Source: Rhodospirillaceae bacterium (GTDB taxonomy: Bacteria > Pseudomonadota > Alphaproteobacteria > UBA6615). From it: DNA of 64,000 bases. Below, in pieces: positions 1 to 8,898 of this stretch. The notes beneath the pieces are model-generated. The model did no database searches. It had not been told where the DNA came from and was given only the letters and a program-made list of their open reading frames with translations. Where the stretch lies: the NCBI GenBank assembly GCA_018702955.1, contig JABJEK010000058.1, positions 47,150-111,149 of the forward strand. The letters are read 5' to 3'. A program made the translations under genes and the position numbers. How positions within the stretch are numbered: the stretch's first letter is position 1; each line of letters begins with the position of its first letter.

Positions 1-2
1 CC

Positions 3-467
3 AATCTGTTCGCGGTTTTGACATTCGCACTGGTCGGGATTCTGCCGGCCGCCGGTTTCTGGGAGGGTCAGGCGGCCTACGACACGATCCTGGGTGCAAC
101 CCCGCGAATCCTCGCTGCTTCCTTCCTGGCCTATCTGGTCGGTGAGTTCGCCAATTCGTATATTCTGGCCCGGCTAAAGGTCATTACTGCGGGGCGCATG
201 CTATGGCTGCGCACCATCGGGTCGACCGTGGTGGGCCAGGGGCTCGATTCCATAGTCTTCGTCTTCGTCGCGTTCTGGGGTGTTCTGCCCACAAATGTGC
301 TGTTGGGCACGATCGCGTTGCAGGCCCTCGCAAAGATCGCTTACGAGGTCCTGGCCACACCCATCACCTATGCGGTGATCGGCTGGCTGAAACGGTCCGA
401 GGGCATCGATCACTACGACCGCAAGACCCGGTTTAACCCATTCGCCATCACCCGCCTGCAAGACTGA
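3..467 (+). CDS. Queuosine precursor transporter (YhhQ/VUT family), 5'-truncated by the window edge
   Basis: Hydrophobic ORF with family-like segments ASFLAYLVGEFANSYILARLK and LWLRTIGSTVVGQGLDS; the frame is open from position 3. Confidence 0.85.
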   Translation, partial: NLFAVLTFALVGILPAAGFWEGQAAYDTILGATPRILAASFLAYLVGEFANSYILARLKVITAGRMLWLRTIGSTVVGQGLDSIVFVFVAFWGVLPTNVLLGTIALQALAKIAYEVLATPITYAVIGWLKRSEGIDHYDRKTRFNPFAITRLQD

Positions 468-1471
468 TGCGCCGCGCGGCGGTATTCCTGGCCTGCTTCG
501 CCGGGCTCACCAGCATCGGTAGCGGTCACAGTGCCGCCAACCCCGACACCTATAGCGTCCAGTGGGAAAATGACCGGATCGCCAACACCGACCGCCATTA
601 CACGAACGGTTTCCGCCTTTCCTGGGTATCCGGTGCACGTGACAATGATCCCAAATGGGTCAAGGACGTTCTCGAGACGATCTACCCCTTCGCCAACCTG
701 CGCCAGGGCCGGGTCGGTGCCGCGTTCGGTCAGAGCATCTTCACGCCGGAGAACACCGCCACCTCGGCCCTCGTCACCGACGACCGGCCCTATGCCGGCT
801 GGTTGTACGGCGCCATCTCGGTGCATGCGGAGACCAATGGCAATCCGGTATCCGCCACCGATACGCTCGACACGGTCGAACTCAATCTCGGCATCGTCGG
901 GCCCTGGGCCCTGGGCCGCCAGGTGCAAAACGGCGTGCACGACCTGATCAACGTCGGCCGCTCGAACGGCTGGGGCCATCAACTCGACAACGAACCTGGC
1001 GTCATGCTGATCGGCGAGCGCCGCTGGCGCCCCGCCCCGTGGAAACTGTTCGGGCTGGAAGCCGGCGCGATCCCCCATATTGGAGGCAGCGTCGGTAACG
1101 TCATGACCTTCGCCAGCGCAGGGGCCATTCTCCGCATCGGGCAGAATCTCGACGTCGATTACGGCCCGCCCCTCATCCGCCCGTCCCTCAGCGGTCTCGC
1201 GGCCGTGGAAAAGCGCTCGGGCCTTGCCTGGTACGCGTTCGCTGGTGTCCAGGCGCGGGGGGTCGCCCACGACATCTTCCTCGACGGGAACACTTTCTCC
1301 AGTAGCCACAGCGTCGAGAAAAGACACCTGGTGGGCGATGCACAGTTTGGGCTCGCCTTTGTCTATGAAGGCGTGCGGCTCGCCATAACCCAGATCTTCC
1401 GGACCCGCGAGTTCAAAAGGCAGCGCCAGGCCGATCGGTTCGGTGCGATCAGCCTGTCGGCGAATTTCTAG
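467..1471 (+). CDS. Lipid A 3-O-deacylase LpxR family outer-membrane beta-barrel (DUF2219)
   Basis: Signal peptide; ENDR..DRHYTNG, GQSIFTP, DRPYAGWLY, GW.HQL and IFLDGNTF motifs; C-terminal Phe. Confidence 0.85.
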   Translation: MRRAAVFLACFAGLTSIGSGHSAANPDTYSVQWENDRIANTDRHYTNGFRLSWVSGARDNDPKWVKDVLETIYPFANLRQGRVGAAFGQSIFTPENTATSALVTDDRPYAGWLYGAISVHAETNGNPVSATDTLDTVELNLGIVGPWALGRQVQNGVHDLINVGRSNGWGHQLDNEPGVMLIGERRWRPAPWKLFGLEAGAIPHIGGSVGNVMTFASAGAILRIGQNLDVDYGPPLIRPSLSGLAAVEKRSGLAWYAFAGVQARGVAHDIFLDGNTFSSSHSVEKRHLVGDAQFGLAFVYEGVRLAITQIFRTREFKRQRQADRFGAISLSANF

Positions 1472-1575
1472 GCACGATCGTCACAGCCAAGCCGGTCTTT
1501 TCAGCCCATCTGCGCATGCTAAGCTTCGTGTCCTTGCACGATCCGGTTCACGGCAAAAATCATGGGGGAGGAATT

Positions 1576-2208
1576 ATGACGGCGCTCAACCTCAGCATCG
1601 ACGGCATCGCCGAAGGTCAACGGATACCCGAAGAGTTTGCGTTCGGCGTTCGCACCGACAGCGAGCCCTTTACATTCGGTGCGAATATCAGCCCGGCCAT
1701 CAGCTGGAGCGGCGGCCCAGACGACACCAAATCCTATGCCATCATCATGCTCGACCGCAGCGTCCCGACCGTGTTCGATGACGCCAACCAGGAAGGCCGG
1801 GTCATCCCTGCCGATCTGGCGCGGATGGACTTCATGCATTGGGTTTTGGTCGATATAGCGGCGACGACAACCAGCCTGCCGAAGGGTGCAGAGTCCGACG
1901 CGGTCGTGCCCAAAGGAAAGGCGACCGGGCCTGCGACGCATGGCGTGCGCGGTGCCAACGATTTCGGCATGTTCATGGCCTCGAACCCGGATATGGCGGG
2001 TGATTATGGCGGTTATGACGGACCCGCGCCGCCGTGGAACGACGAGATCATGCACGAGTATGTATTCACCGTTTATGCGCTCGACGTCGAGACGCTCGGC
2101 ATGAGCGGTGTGTTCAGCGGTGCCGACGCGCTGGCTGCGATGGAAGGTCATGTGCTAGCGAGCGGCCAAGTGGTGGGTGAATACACCCTAAACCCCGATC
2201 TCACGTAA
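1576..2208 (+). CDS. YbhB/YbcL (PEBP, Raf kinase inhibitor-like) protein
   Basis: NISPAISWS, FMHWVLVDI, GYDGPAPP and HEYVFTVYALD motifs; GGAG RBS before ATG 1576. Confidence 0.85.
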   Translation: MTALNLSIDGIAEGQRIPEEFAFGVRTDSEPFTFGANISPAISWSGGPDDTKSYAIIMLDRSVPTVFDDANQEGRVIPADLARMDFMHWVLVDIAATTTSLPKGAESDAVVPKGKATGPATHGVRGANDFGMFMASNPDMAGDYGGYDGPAPPWNDEIMHEYVFTVYALDVETLGMSGVFSGADALAAMEGHVLASGQVVGEYTLNPDLT

Positions 2209-2233
2209 TTTCTGGCTGATAGTGCCAAGTTCA

Positions 2234-2265
2234 GCGGCGGATCTGCGGGTCCGCCGCATTTTTTT
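2234..2265 (+). terminator. Rho-independent terminator
   Basis: GCGGCGGATC-TGCG-GGTCCGCCGC stem followed by ATTTTTTT. Confidence 0.8.
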
Positions 2266-2272
2266 GAGACCA

Positions 2273-2288
2273 TGTGACCGGCATCACT
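2273..2288. promoter_or_regulatory. CRP/FNR-family-like box upstream of the RTX gene
   Basis: TGTGA-N6-TCACT, one mismatch from TGTGA-N6-TCACA. Confidence 0.35.
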
Positions 2289-2346
2289 TCAGATCACGGT
2301 GGGCATATGTATCTGTTGGGCAACAACGCATCCAACGGAGAGTACG

Positions 2347-3531
2347 ATGTCCGATCACGCGAAAAACGACGACCGAAAGACGTTCGACCACAACTTCGTT
2401 TACGGCACCGTTGAAGGTGACGAGATCGACGGCACCTTCGAGCACGAGATCATCTTCGGCTACAACGGTGACGACGAGGTTCGCGCCGGCGGCGGTGACG
2501 ACTATGTCTGGGGCGGCAGCGGTAATGATCGCCTTTATGGCGAAGACGGAAACGACCACATCTTCGGGGGTCGGGACGATGACAGACTCTTCGGTGGCGA
2601 CGGCGATGACTGGCTCGACGGCGGCCCCGGGGATGACTGGCTGTACGGAGATCAGGCCGGTGACGTCGGCAACGACACACTCCTCGGCGGCCTTGGTGAC
2701 GACGAGTTGCACGGCGGTGACGGAAACGATCACCTCGAGGGCGGTCAGGGCAACGACGAACTTCATGGTGAGAACGGAGACGACTGGCTCCATGGCGGCC
2801 AGGGCGATGATCGGCTGCACGGCGGCAACGGCAACGACACGCTGTGGGGTCTCGACGGAGATGACCGACTGCTAGGCAGCGATGGTGATGATGAATTGCA
2901 TGGCGGCGACGGCGATGACCAACTCAACGGCGGAAACGATAATGACTGGCTCTTCGGAAACGCTGGCGACGATTCACTCTATGGCGAGAACGGCGACGAC
3001 CAGCTGTTCGGGTGGACCGGGACCGACCTACTCGAAGGCGGAAACGGGAACGACGAACTCCATGGCGGCGAAGACGGCGACACCCTGCGCGGCGAAGCTG
3101 GCAATGACGGGTTATGGGGAGACGTCGGCGATGATGATCTTGCGGGTGGCGCGGGCATCGATGTTCTGGAAGGCGGTGAAGGCAACGACACGCTCGATGG
3201 AGGCGAGGACCAGGATTTCCTTTTTGGAGAAGAAGGCACGGATACGCTCAACGGCGGCAACGGCGACAACGCGGAGGATCATCTCTGGGGCGGTGAAGGC
3301 GACGACCTGTTCCTGTTCTCCGTCAACGGCGGCGACGACTGGGTCGAGGATTTCACGTCCGGCGAAGACTCGCTTGATGTCTCGGCTTTGGGCTTCGTGG
3401 ATTTCGCTGATTTGCTGTCAGGCACGAGTGATGTCAGCGGCAACGCCACCATCGACTATGGCAACAACGACGCGATTACGCTGGTCGGCGTCGCAACAGC
3501 CGACCTGACGGCGGATGACTTCCTCTTCTGA
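2347..3531 (+). CDS. Calcium-binding RTX (hemolysin-type nonapeptide repeat) protein
   Basis: About 30 tandem L/FxGGxGxDx repeats followed by a T1SS-substrate-like C-terminus (DWVEDFTSGEDSLDVS ... DDFLF); GGAGAG RBS before ATG 2347. Confidence 0.9.
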   Translation: MSDHAKNDDRKTFDHNFVYGTVEGDEIDGTFEHEIIFGYNGDDEVRAGGGDDYVWGGSGNDRLYGEDGNDHIFGGRDDDRLFGGDGDDWLDGGPGDDWLYGDQAGDVGNDTLLGGLGDDELHGGDGNDHLEGGQGNDELHGENGDDWLHGGQGDDRLHGGNGNDTLWGLDGDDRLLGSDGDDELHGGDGDDQLNGGNDNDWLFGNAGDDSLYGENGDDQLFGWTGTDLLEGGNGNDELHGGEDGDTLRGEAGNDGLWGDVGDDDLAGGAGIDVLEGGEGNDTLDGGEDQDFLFGEEGTDTLNGGNGDNAEDHLWGGEGDDLFLFSVNGGDDWVEDFTSGEDSLDVSALGFVDFADLLSGTSDVSGNATIDYGNNDAITLVGVATADLTADDFLF

Positions 3532-3534
3532 GAT

Positions 3535-4866
3535 CTAGCCCGCAGCGTCAAAATGGTGCACGAGCTTGGTCTTGTAATCCGTGCGCGGCAGGCTCCCGAA
3601 CGGCACGACCTCGACCCTGGTCGTGACCACGAGTTTCGCGCGGATGGCCTTTTCGATGGCTTCACCGAGGCCGGCGCCAGGGCTGCTGCCCTCCGCCGCC
3701 TCGACGTGAACCGGCAGCGGCGGCAATTGCTGTACGCCCTGCCGGCTCGGGCGCACCAGCATGATCCCGCTGACATCCGGGCGAAACTGGTTCACCACCT
3801 CCCGGATCGCACTGGGGAAGATGTTGACCCCGCGCACGATGAGCATGTCGTCGGTCCGCCCGATGCAACGAATGCGCGGCCCCGTGCGGCCGCTCGCGAC
3901 CGGCCCCATGCTGACCGTGACATGGTCGCGCGAGCGAAAACGCAGCAGGGGCGCGGCTTCCTGCTGCAAATGGGTATAGACCGGCTCGCCCTGGACCCCG
4001 TCCTCGAACGGCAAGGTTTCCCCGGTCTCGGGATCAATCAGCTCCATGTGGATGTAGTCCCGGGCGAGGAAGTTCATGCCCGCCTGTTCCGGCCCCTCCC
4101 CGAACATGGAAATCGACATTTCACCGAGCCCCATCACCTCATGCACCTTGGCGTTGAACGCCGCCTCGATCTGCGCCCGAACTTCCGGTTCACCCCCGCC
4201 TGGCTCACCGCCGGCCACGAGCGTCTCCAGTCCGCACGCCGCCGGATCAATGCCGCGTGCACGCGCGGCTTCGGCGATATACAGGAAATAAGATGGCGTC
4301 CCGGGCATCGCCTGCACCTGAAAACGCTCCAGCGCCGTCAGGAGACGATCGGTGTTGCCGCTGCCCACCGGCACCATGCGCACGCCCAGCGCGATCATGG
4401 ATTCGTGCACCGCACCCGCCACGAAGGGGCCGGAATTATAGGTGGTGACGACCCGGTGATGGGGACGGATACCGGCGGCGAAATAGCTGCGGTTCGATGT
4501 CTGGACCCAGCGCTTGAGGTCACCCTGGGTAACGGGAATATAAAGCGGCGTACCCGACGTCCCGCTGGTTGAATAAATCCGCACCACATCGTCGAGCGGA
4601 GCCGCAAGCTGCTTACCCAGCGGCAGGTGCCCGGCCTGGCTGGCACGCAGTTCATCTTTGACCGTGAACGGCAGGTGCCGCAGATCATCCAGCCCGCCGA
4701 CGGATTCGGGCGTCTTGAAACCGGCCGCCTTGAACTTCTCGCGATAAAACTCGGACCGCGCGAACAGATACTCGATCTGTTTGCGGTAAACCGGCTCGTC
4801 CTTCTGTTTCTGGTCCGCGAGGTCCCGGGTCTCGGCCTCGGGATCAAAGAGATCGGCGGCCGACAT
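3535..4866 (-). CDS. Phenylacetate-CoA ligase (PaaK) family acyl-CoA ligase
   Basis: YSTSGTSGTP AMP-binding loop; GGEPGG, LLRFRSRD and GRTDDMLIVRGVNIFPS motifs. Confidence 0.85.
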   Translation of the reverse strand: MSAADLFDPEAETRDLADQKQKDEPVYRKQIEYLFARSEFYREKFKAAGFKTPESVGGLDDLRHLPFTVKDELRASQAGHLPLGKQLAAPLDDVVRIYSTSGTSGTPLYIPVTQGDLKRWVQTSNRSYFAAGIRPHHRVVTTYNSGPFVAGAVHESMIALGVRMVPVGSGNTDRLLTALERFQVQAMPGTPSYFLYIAEAARARGIDPAACGLETLVAGGEPGGGEPEVRAQIEAAFNAKVHEVMGLGEMSISMFGEGPEQAGMNFLARDYIHMELIDPETGETLPFEDGVQGEPVYTHLQQEAAPLLRFRSRDHVTVSMGPVASGRTGPRIRCIGRTDDMLIVRGVNIFPSAIREVVNQFRPDVSGIMLVRPSRQGVQQLPPLPVHVEAAEGSSPGAGLGEAIEKAIRAKLVVTTRVEVVPFGSLPRTDYKTKLVHHFDAAG

Positions 4867-4871
4867 ATATT

Positions 4872-5657
4872 CTAGTCCCCGTCATAGGTGATGGCTTCTT
4901 CCCCGTGGTGGGCCAGCAGGAAACCGATCGGACGTTCCATTTCCTCGTTTAAATGACCGATCAGGCCCACCGTGCGGGCGAGAATGGGAATCCCCCGGAT
5001 CGCCGCCTTGGGAAAATCCAGGTCGAGAAGCACTGCCGCCATCGGCCCTTGCAAATTCATCGGCAGCGGCTTGCCCCAGACCTCGGCAACAGCATCCGGG
5101 AAGGCCCGCAGCGCGCCAACATGGCGTGCAGACACGCCGCGCTCGTCCGCCAGATCGAGGATGCGTACCGCGCGGGGATCAACCGGGTGGTGGATGGGAT
5201 GGCCGAACCCGGGAATAAACTTGCCGGCGTCCTTGTATTCACGTGCGATGGCGAGCGCCGCCGCCTCGGGAGACTCTCCGCCCTCGATCCGCGTCGCCGC
5301 ATCATCGAGCATTTCGCCGCAAACATCCGCACTGCCCAGAATGACGGAGCCGACCCCGAGGAGGCCGGCCGCAACTGCGCCCTGCATGGCCTCCGGTGCT
5401 GCCGCCAGGGTCATGCGGGCCGCCTGCACACTCGGCGTCAGGCCATGTTCGGCCAGCGCCACCACCAGGACGTCCATGAAGAACGCCTGATCGGCGCTGG
5501 GCTCACGCCCTGTGAGATGAAGAAAGAAAAACTCGGCGATAGAGCTGTGCCCCATAACCTCATTGCATAGATCCTTCCCGCGTACCGTGATCGAGGTGGC
5601 ATCCGCCGTTTCGATGGCAGTTTTCGCCTCGCCCTTCTTACCAATCAGCATCGTCAT
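4872..5657 (-). CDS. Citryl-CoA lyase-like / citrate synthase-fold protein
   Basis: AEHGLTPS, IPGFGHPIH and ARTVGLIGH motifs; start placed at the ATG downstream of a GGGGAG RBS. Confidence 0.8.
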   Translation of the reverse strand: MTMLIGKKGEAKTAIETADATSITVRGKDLCNEVMGHSSIAEFFFLHLTGREPSADQAFFMDVLVVALAEHGLTPSVQAARMTLAAAPEAMQGAVAAGLLGVGSVILGSADVCGEMLDDAATRIEGGESPEAAALAIAREYKDAGKFIPGFGHPIHHPVDPRAVRILDLADERGVSARHVGALRAFPDAVAEVWGKPLPMNLQGPMAAVLLDLDFPKAAIRGIPILARTVGLIGHLNEEMERPIGFLLAHHGEEAITYDGD

Positions 5658-5841
5658 CTCCCCTAAGTGCTGCGCGACGATAGGGTCAAACACGCGCCTA
5701 AACAATATTTCACATATGAGAAGAATAATTCGTAGTGTGGAACGAGATTGACTCTTGCCAACACCCTTCGTCTAGAATGCATCAGGGCCCGATAAATCGC
5801 GGACGACAAGCCGCGAAGGCAGAGGCCAGGGAGATAACGCT

Positions 5842-6957
5842 ATGAAATACGGAATGTTCGCAATGCCGCTCCGTCCGCCCGGGGGGGACGTCACCAAGGA
5901 ATACCATCAGGATATCGAAACCTTCGTCATGGGCGACAAGCTCGGCTACACCGAAGGCTGGATGGGCGAGCATTACACCATTCCGTGGGAGCCGATCCCG
6001 GCCACAGACCTCTTCGCCGCATCCGTATTCGCGCGCACCGAGAACATCCGCATCGGCACCGGCATCGTGCTGTTGCCCATGCACGATCCACGTCAGGTGG
6101 CATTGCGTATCGCTTATCTCGACCATCTGTCGAAAGGCCGCCTGAATTTCGGGATCGGTGCCGGTGGCGCCCCGACCGACTTCCAGTTCTGGGATATCGA
6201 CTACAAGGAAGGCGAGCATCGCGCACGCATGCGTGAATCGATCGACGTGATCAAGCGCTTGTGGACCGAAGACGAGCCGTTCGAACACAATGGCAAATTC
6301 TGGCAGTTCAAGGTGCCGGAACCGATGCCGCAAGTGCCGTTGGGCCATCACATTCGGCCCTATCAGGACCCGCATCCGCCGATCGCTGTATCGGGATTGC
6401 ACAAGGCGTCGGAATCGCTGTTCACGGCGGGGGCCAACGGCTGGATACCGATGAGCATCAACTACCTGCCGGCGGTCAACCTCAACACCCACTGGGATGC
6501 CGTGTGCGAGGGTGCGAAATCCACCGGCCGTCCCGCGCCGCGTCGCAGCGAGTGGCGGATTGCACGTGAGGTGTTTGTCGGCAAGACGGACCAGGAAGCG
6601 CGCGACCATGTGCTGAACGGCCCGATCGGACGTGCGTATACCGACTACATGTACAACGTGCTGAAGTCGCTGGGCGCGACCGATCTCTACAAGGGAGATC
6701 CGGACATGCCCGACGAAGCGCTGACGGCGGAGTATGTTTGCGACAATATCTGGGTTGTCGGCAGCCCCGACACGGTCGCGGAAAAGCTGAGCAAGCTCTA
6801 TGACGACGTGGGCGGTTTCGGCACCGTGCTGCAGATCCAATACACCTACGAACCGCACCAGATTTGGTACGACAACATGGACCTGTTCGCCAACAAGGTG
6901 ATGCCGAGCCTCGCGCACCTCGTGCCCGAAGACGAACCGGCCGCCGCAGCGCAGTAA
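5842..6957 (+). CDS. LLM-class (luciferase-like) flavin-dependent monooxygenase
   Basis: WMGEHY, IRIGTGIVLLP, LDHLSKGRLNFGIGAG, PYQDPHPPI and VVGSPDTV motifs. Confidence 0.9.
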   Translation: MKYGMFAMPLRPPGGDVTKEYHQDIETFVMGDKLGYTEGWMGEHYTIPWEPIPATDLFAASVFARTENIRIGTGIVLLPMHDPRQVALRIAYLDHLSKGRLNFGIGAGGAPTDFQFWDIDYKEGEHRARMRESIDVIKRLWTEDEPFEHNGKFWQFKVPEPMPQVPLGHHIRPYQDPHPPIAVSGLHKASESLFTAGANGWIPMSINYLPAVNLNTHWDAVCEGAKSTGRPAPRRSEWRIAREVFVGKTDQEARDHVLNGPIGRAYTDYMYNVLKSLGATDLYKGDPDMPDEALTAEYVCDNIWVVGSPDTVAEKLSKLYDDVGGFGTVLQIQYTYEPHQIWYDNMDLFANKVMPSLAHLVPEDEPAAAAQ

Positions 6958-6981
6958 CAGGGCACCAAAATGTTCGGCCCA

Positions 6982-7007
6982 CCCCGCATCACGCGCGTGA
7001 TGCGGGG
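6982..7007. other. Perfect 26-bp palindrome (intercistronic hairpin)
   Basis: CCCCGCATCACGC/GCGTGATGCGGGG, no adjacent U-tract. Confidence 0.75.
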
Positions 7008-7037
7008 CTCGCCAACATAAGCATCACGGAGACCTAA

Positions 7038-8069
7038 ATGTCCGTTGCCTCTGAATCGAAATTCCAAGTATCCCCCGATATCGCGGCATGCATTGCTGAA
7101 GAGCGCATTCCGATCATCGATGTCGGCGACTTTCTGTCGGGCGACGCCGATGCGCTGGAGCAGTTCGCGACCGACTTGCGGGCGATCCAGGAAAGCCTCG
7201 GCTTCTACTGCATCGTCAATCATGGCATCGATCAGGGGCTGATCGATCGCAGTTTCGACCAGATTGCGGAACTGTTTGCGCTGCCCGATGAGACCAAGTT
7301 GAAATACCGGGTAGACTTCCACCATCAAGGCTTCATCCCCAACAAATCGCTGATCCTGCGCTGGTCGAAGATTGCGAAGAATGAGAAGAAGGACCTGAAC
7401 GAGGCTTGGGCGTTCATGCGTGAGCGAACCGCCGATGATCCCAAGGTCAAAGACAATATCCGTCACCGAAACCTCAACCAGTGGCCGGAAGAGCTGCCGG
7501 AATTTCGCAAAACGCTTGTCGAGTATCAGGAAACCATGGCCGTATTGGCGACGCGGATGCTACCCGCTTATGCCCGGGCGCTCGAAATGCCGGCGGACTA
7601 TTTCGACGAGAAGTTTTCGCACCCCGAATATTACAACCGTTGTGCCTGGTATCCGCCCGTCGATGCCGAGGAGGGACAATTCTCACTGTCGCCCCATTCC
7701 GACCACAGCTCCATGACCTATCTGCCACTCATGGATGTGGCGGGACTTGAGGTCATGGCACCGTCGGGGAAATGGATGCAGATCGAGCCCCTGCGCGGTG
7801 CGATCGTCGTGAACACCGGTGAGTTCTTCAACCGCTGGACCAACGGACGTTTCATCGCCACGCCGCACCGCGTCGTACCGCCGCTGAAGGACCGCTACGC
7901 GCTGACATTCTTCTACAACTGCAACGACGAAACCGTGGCCGACCCGATCCCGACCTGCATCAATCCCGGAGATAAGCCGGTCTATGTACCCATGTCGTTC
8001 CACGACTTCTTCATCACCTATATGGATGGCAACTACATCTACCGCACGGCGGAGATGGACGGGGACTAG
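7038..8069 (+). CDS. 2-oxoglutarate/Fe(II) oxygenase, isopenicillin N synthase-like family
   Basis: IPIIDV N-terminal DIOX region; HSD...H facial triad (PHSDHS, TPHRV); NTGE..RWTNG motif. Confidence 0.9.
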   Translation: MSVASESKFQVSPDIAACIAEERIPIIDVGDFLSGDADALEQFATDLRAIQESLGFYCIVNHGIDQGLIDRSFDQIAELFALPDETKLKYRVDFHHQGFIPNKSLILRWSKIAKNEKKDLNEAWAFMRERTADDPKVKDNIRHRNLNQWPEELPEFRKTLVEYQETMAVLATRMLPAYARALEMPADYFDEKFSHPEYYNRCAWYPPVDAEEGQFSLSPHSDHSSMTYLPLMDVAGLEVMAPSGKWMQIEPLRGAIVVNTGEFFNRWTNGRFIATPHRVVPPLKDRYALTFFYNCNDETVADPIPTCINPGDKPVYVPMSFHDFFITYMDGNYIYRTAEMDGD

Positions 8070-8117
8070 TGGTCCTGGCCACCCACCCCCAGTATGTCCC
8101 GTGACGAAAGCAGTCGT

Positions 8118-8894
8118 ATGAGCGCTGAGCATATCCTGACCGAAACGCGTGATCGCGTGCTGTATGTGACCATCAACCGGGTGGAGAAACACAACGCGCT
8201 CGCGATTTCGATTATCGACGAAATCGGCGAGACCTTCCGCGCGGCGGCAAAGGACGAGACACTTGTGGCGGGCGTGCTGCGTGGAGCGGGCGAAAAGACC
8301 TTCGCCGCCGGCGGCGACTTGCGTGAACTGGCCGGGCTGCGCACCCAGACGGAAGCCGAAAAAATGGCAATCGATGCCAAGGCAGCATTTAACGCCATCC
8401 GGGATTTCCCCGTCCCGGTTATCGCAGGGCTCAACGGCAACGCCTTCGGCGGCGGGGCCGAGCTCGCCGTATCGTGTGACTTCCGCGTCGCGGCGGCCCA
8501 CGCCAAAATCGGCTTCGTCCAAGGTCGGCTAGCCCTGGCCACGGCATGGGGCGGCGGCCCGGACCTGCTCGACCTGGTCGGCCGCGCGCGGGGCCTGCGG
8601 CTGATGAGCACCGGCGAAATGCTCGACCCGGCAACAGCACTGGAAATTGGCCTGTATGACGCGGTGGGTCAGGCCGCCGAGCCCTTCGACGAAACAATCG
8701 AGGGCTTCCTCGCACCGATCCGCAAGCAGAAGCCGCAATCCATGCGTGCGTTCAAGGCCGTCAGCGATTCACACCGGCGCGGAGATGCTCGCACCGCGAT
8801 GCAAGAGATAGAGACCTGCATGTTCGTGAAGACCTGGGTCCATGACGATCACTGGGAGGCGGCCGAAAAGGTGCTTCCCACGAAGAAGGGCTGA
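8118..8894 (+). CDS. Crotonase-family protein, ECHDC1 (alkylmalonyl-CoA decarboxylase)-like
   Basis: FAAGGDL, GGGAELAVSCDFR and FVQGRLALATAWGGG motifs; the second catalytic Glu position is Gln. Confidence 0.8.
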   Translation: MSAEHILTETRDRVLYVTINRVEKHNALAISIIDEIGETFRAAAKDETLVAGVLRGAGEKTFAAGGDLRELAGLRTQTEAEKMAIDAKAAFNAIRDFPVPVIAGLNGNAFGGGAELAVSCDFRVAAAHAKIGFVQGRLALATAWGGGPDLLDLVGRARGLRLMSTGEMLDPATALEIGLYDAVGQAAEPFDETIEGFLAPIRKQKPQSMRAFKAVSDSHRRGDARTAMQEIETCMFVKTWVHDDHWEAAEKVLPTKKG

Positions 8895-8898
8895 CCCG

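Noticed and set aside
2347-3300. 27-bp periodic repeats as a possible CRISPR array
   Set aside because: They are degenerate coding repeats of RTX nonapeptides, with no constant repeat/unique spacer structure and no cas genes.
4906-4921. TGGTGGGCCAGCAGGA resembling the tRNA 3' end (possible attL/attR)
   Set aside because: It needs an indel and a mismatch, lies inside a coding region (LLAHH), and no integrase is present; probably chance.
5706-5841. Cobalamin riboswitch upstream of the mutase cluster
   Set aside because: No B12-box or conserved riboswitch core is visible, and the spacer is short and shared with a divergent gene.
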